From Candidatus Saccharibacteria bacterium oral taxon 488 (GTDB taxonomy: Bacteria > Patescibacteriota > Saccharimonadia > Saccharimonadales > Saccharimonadaceae), in assembly GCA_010202845.1 (NCBI GenBank), contig CP047921.1, positions 60,001-92,000 on the forward strand: a DNA stretch of 32,000 nucleotides, given 5' to 3'. Made by a program: the position numbers and the translations under genes. Under the pieces are notes generated by a model. The model worked only from the letters and a program-made list of their open reading frames with translations. It ran no database searches and was not told where the DNA came from. Positions within the stretch are counted from its first letter, which is position 1, and every line of letters begins with the position of its first letter. Positions 31,663 through 32,000 of this stretch are shown one piece after another.

Positions 31663-32000
31663 ATGGCGCACATAAGTTGTAGAAATAATGGAGAATTATC
31701 TCCTGATAGTAAAGGCGACAAGTTAAGGAAGCTTCTTGTGCTGGGGGTTGCTGCAGTCACGTTAGCCGTATCGGGTATACTTGGGTATAGTCTTGGCCGG
31801 TCACACGATGTTCCGCCCGCACCATCAGTAGAAAATACCGATGGTGGAATATCCAAAGAGTCCAATGATAGTTCGAGAGTGGAAGAAATTACACTTACGC
31901 TACCAGACACCGAAGGCCGTCGAGAGGCAGAGGTCTTTTTAAAGGATCCCAATATAGTCCAGTCTGCGCGCGATGTTGCTGGACGAGTGCTTACTGCTGC
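31663..32000 (+). CDS. Hypothetical membrane-anchored protein, N-terminal fragment (continues past the window end)
   Basis: Absent from the ORF track because it is truncated. ATG 31663 lies 7 nt after GGAAGGA; an in-frame ATG at 31645 is also possible. It reads MAHISCRNNGELSPDSKGDKLRKLLVLGVAAVTLAVSGILGYSL..., i.e. a basic stretch followed by a TM helix, and stays open to 32000. The 97-aa minus-strand ORF 31659-31952 is its antisense shadow. Confidence 0.5.
   Translation, partial: MAHISCRNNGELSPDSKGDKLRKLLVLGVAAVTLAVSGILGYSLGRSHDVPPAPSVENTDGGISKESNDSSRVEEITLTLPDTEGRREAEVFLKDPNIVQSARDVAGRVLTA

Noticed and set aside
31659-31952. 97-aa minus-strand ORF at the window end
   Set aside because: The plus strand has a consensus promoter, a ribosome-binding site, and an ORF open to the window edge that encodes a basic stretch plus a TM helix. 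The minus-strand ORF is Ser-rich shadow sequence with no start signals.
1-32000. Alternative genetic code (UGA read as a sense codon, as in some CPR lineages)
   Set aside because: TGA terminates dnaG, truB, the TPR-like gene and the kinase gene at positions that give full-length conserved proteins. No conserved gene is interrupted by an in-frame TGA.
1-32000. tRNA, rRNA, CRISPR arrays, IS elements or integrases
   Set aside because: No T-loop-like GTTCGAATC or cloverleaf candidates occur in any spacer. There are no regularly spaced repeats and no transposase- or integrase-like ORFs. The only repeats found are short promoter-associated blocks.

Overview
This is a 32-kb, gene-dense window (about 30 genes, most gaps under 150 bp) of mostly housekeeping genes from a small-genome bacterium. 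It uses the standard genetic code: TGA terminates dnaG, truB and others. The genes are pyrH (partial), orn, dnaG-rpoD (4-bp GTGA overlap), polA, fpg, holA, rpsT, truB, rpsO, pnp, a family-4 UDG, RNase J and ftsK, plus a sortase, a type IV pilin and several single-pass orphan membrane proteins. That mix suggests a Saccharibacteria/CPR-like or other reduced Gram-positive-type lineage, but this is inference only. I saw no rRNA, tRNA, CRISPR array or transposase. Four regions look accessory or atypical. (i) An AT-rich single-gene island carries a DUF262+DUF1524 (GmrSD-like, type IV restriction) gene pressed against the polA stop. (ii) A low-GC, very acidic orphan sits between fpg and holA. (iii) A 764-aa, compositionally mosaic protein ends in a PP2C phosphatase domain. 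(iv) A pilin, a sortase and two orphans interrupt the conserved truB-rpsO-pnp cluster. Four signals stand out as unexplained. First, a ~275-nt candidate structured RNA with its own near-consensus promoter converges on the rpoD stop codon. Second, a TGnTAnnnT box lies 6-7 nt upstream of many start codons, implying leaderless mRNAs; one case is a perfect 22-bp palindrome that supplies both -10 boxes of a 34-bp divergent intergenic region. Third, all four zinc ligands of DnaG are substituted. Fourth, a DHH/NrnA-like protein has lost its catalytic motifs and carries a ~330-aa Pro/Ala/Ser-rich tail.
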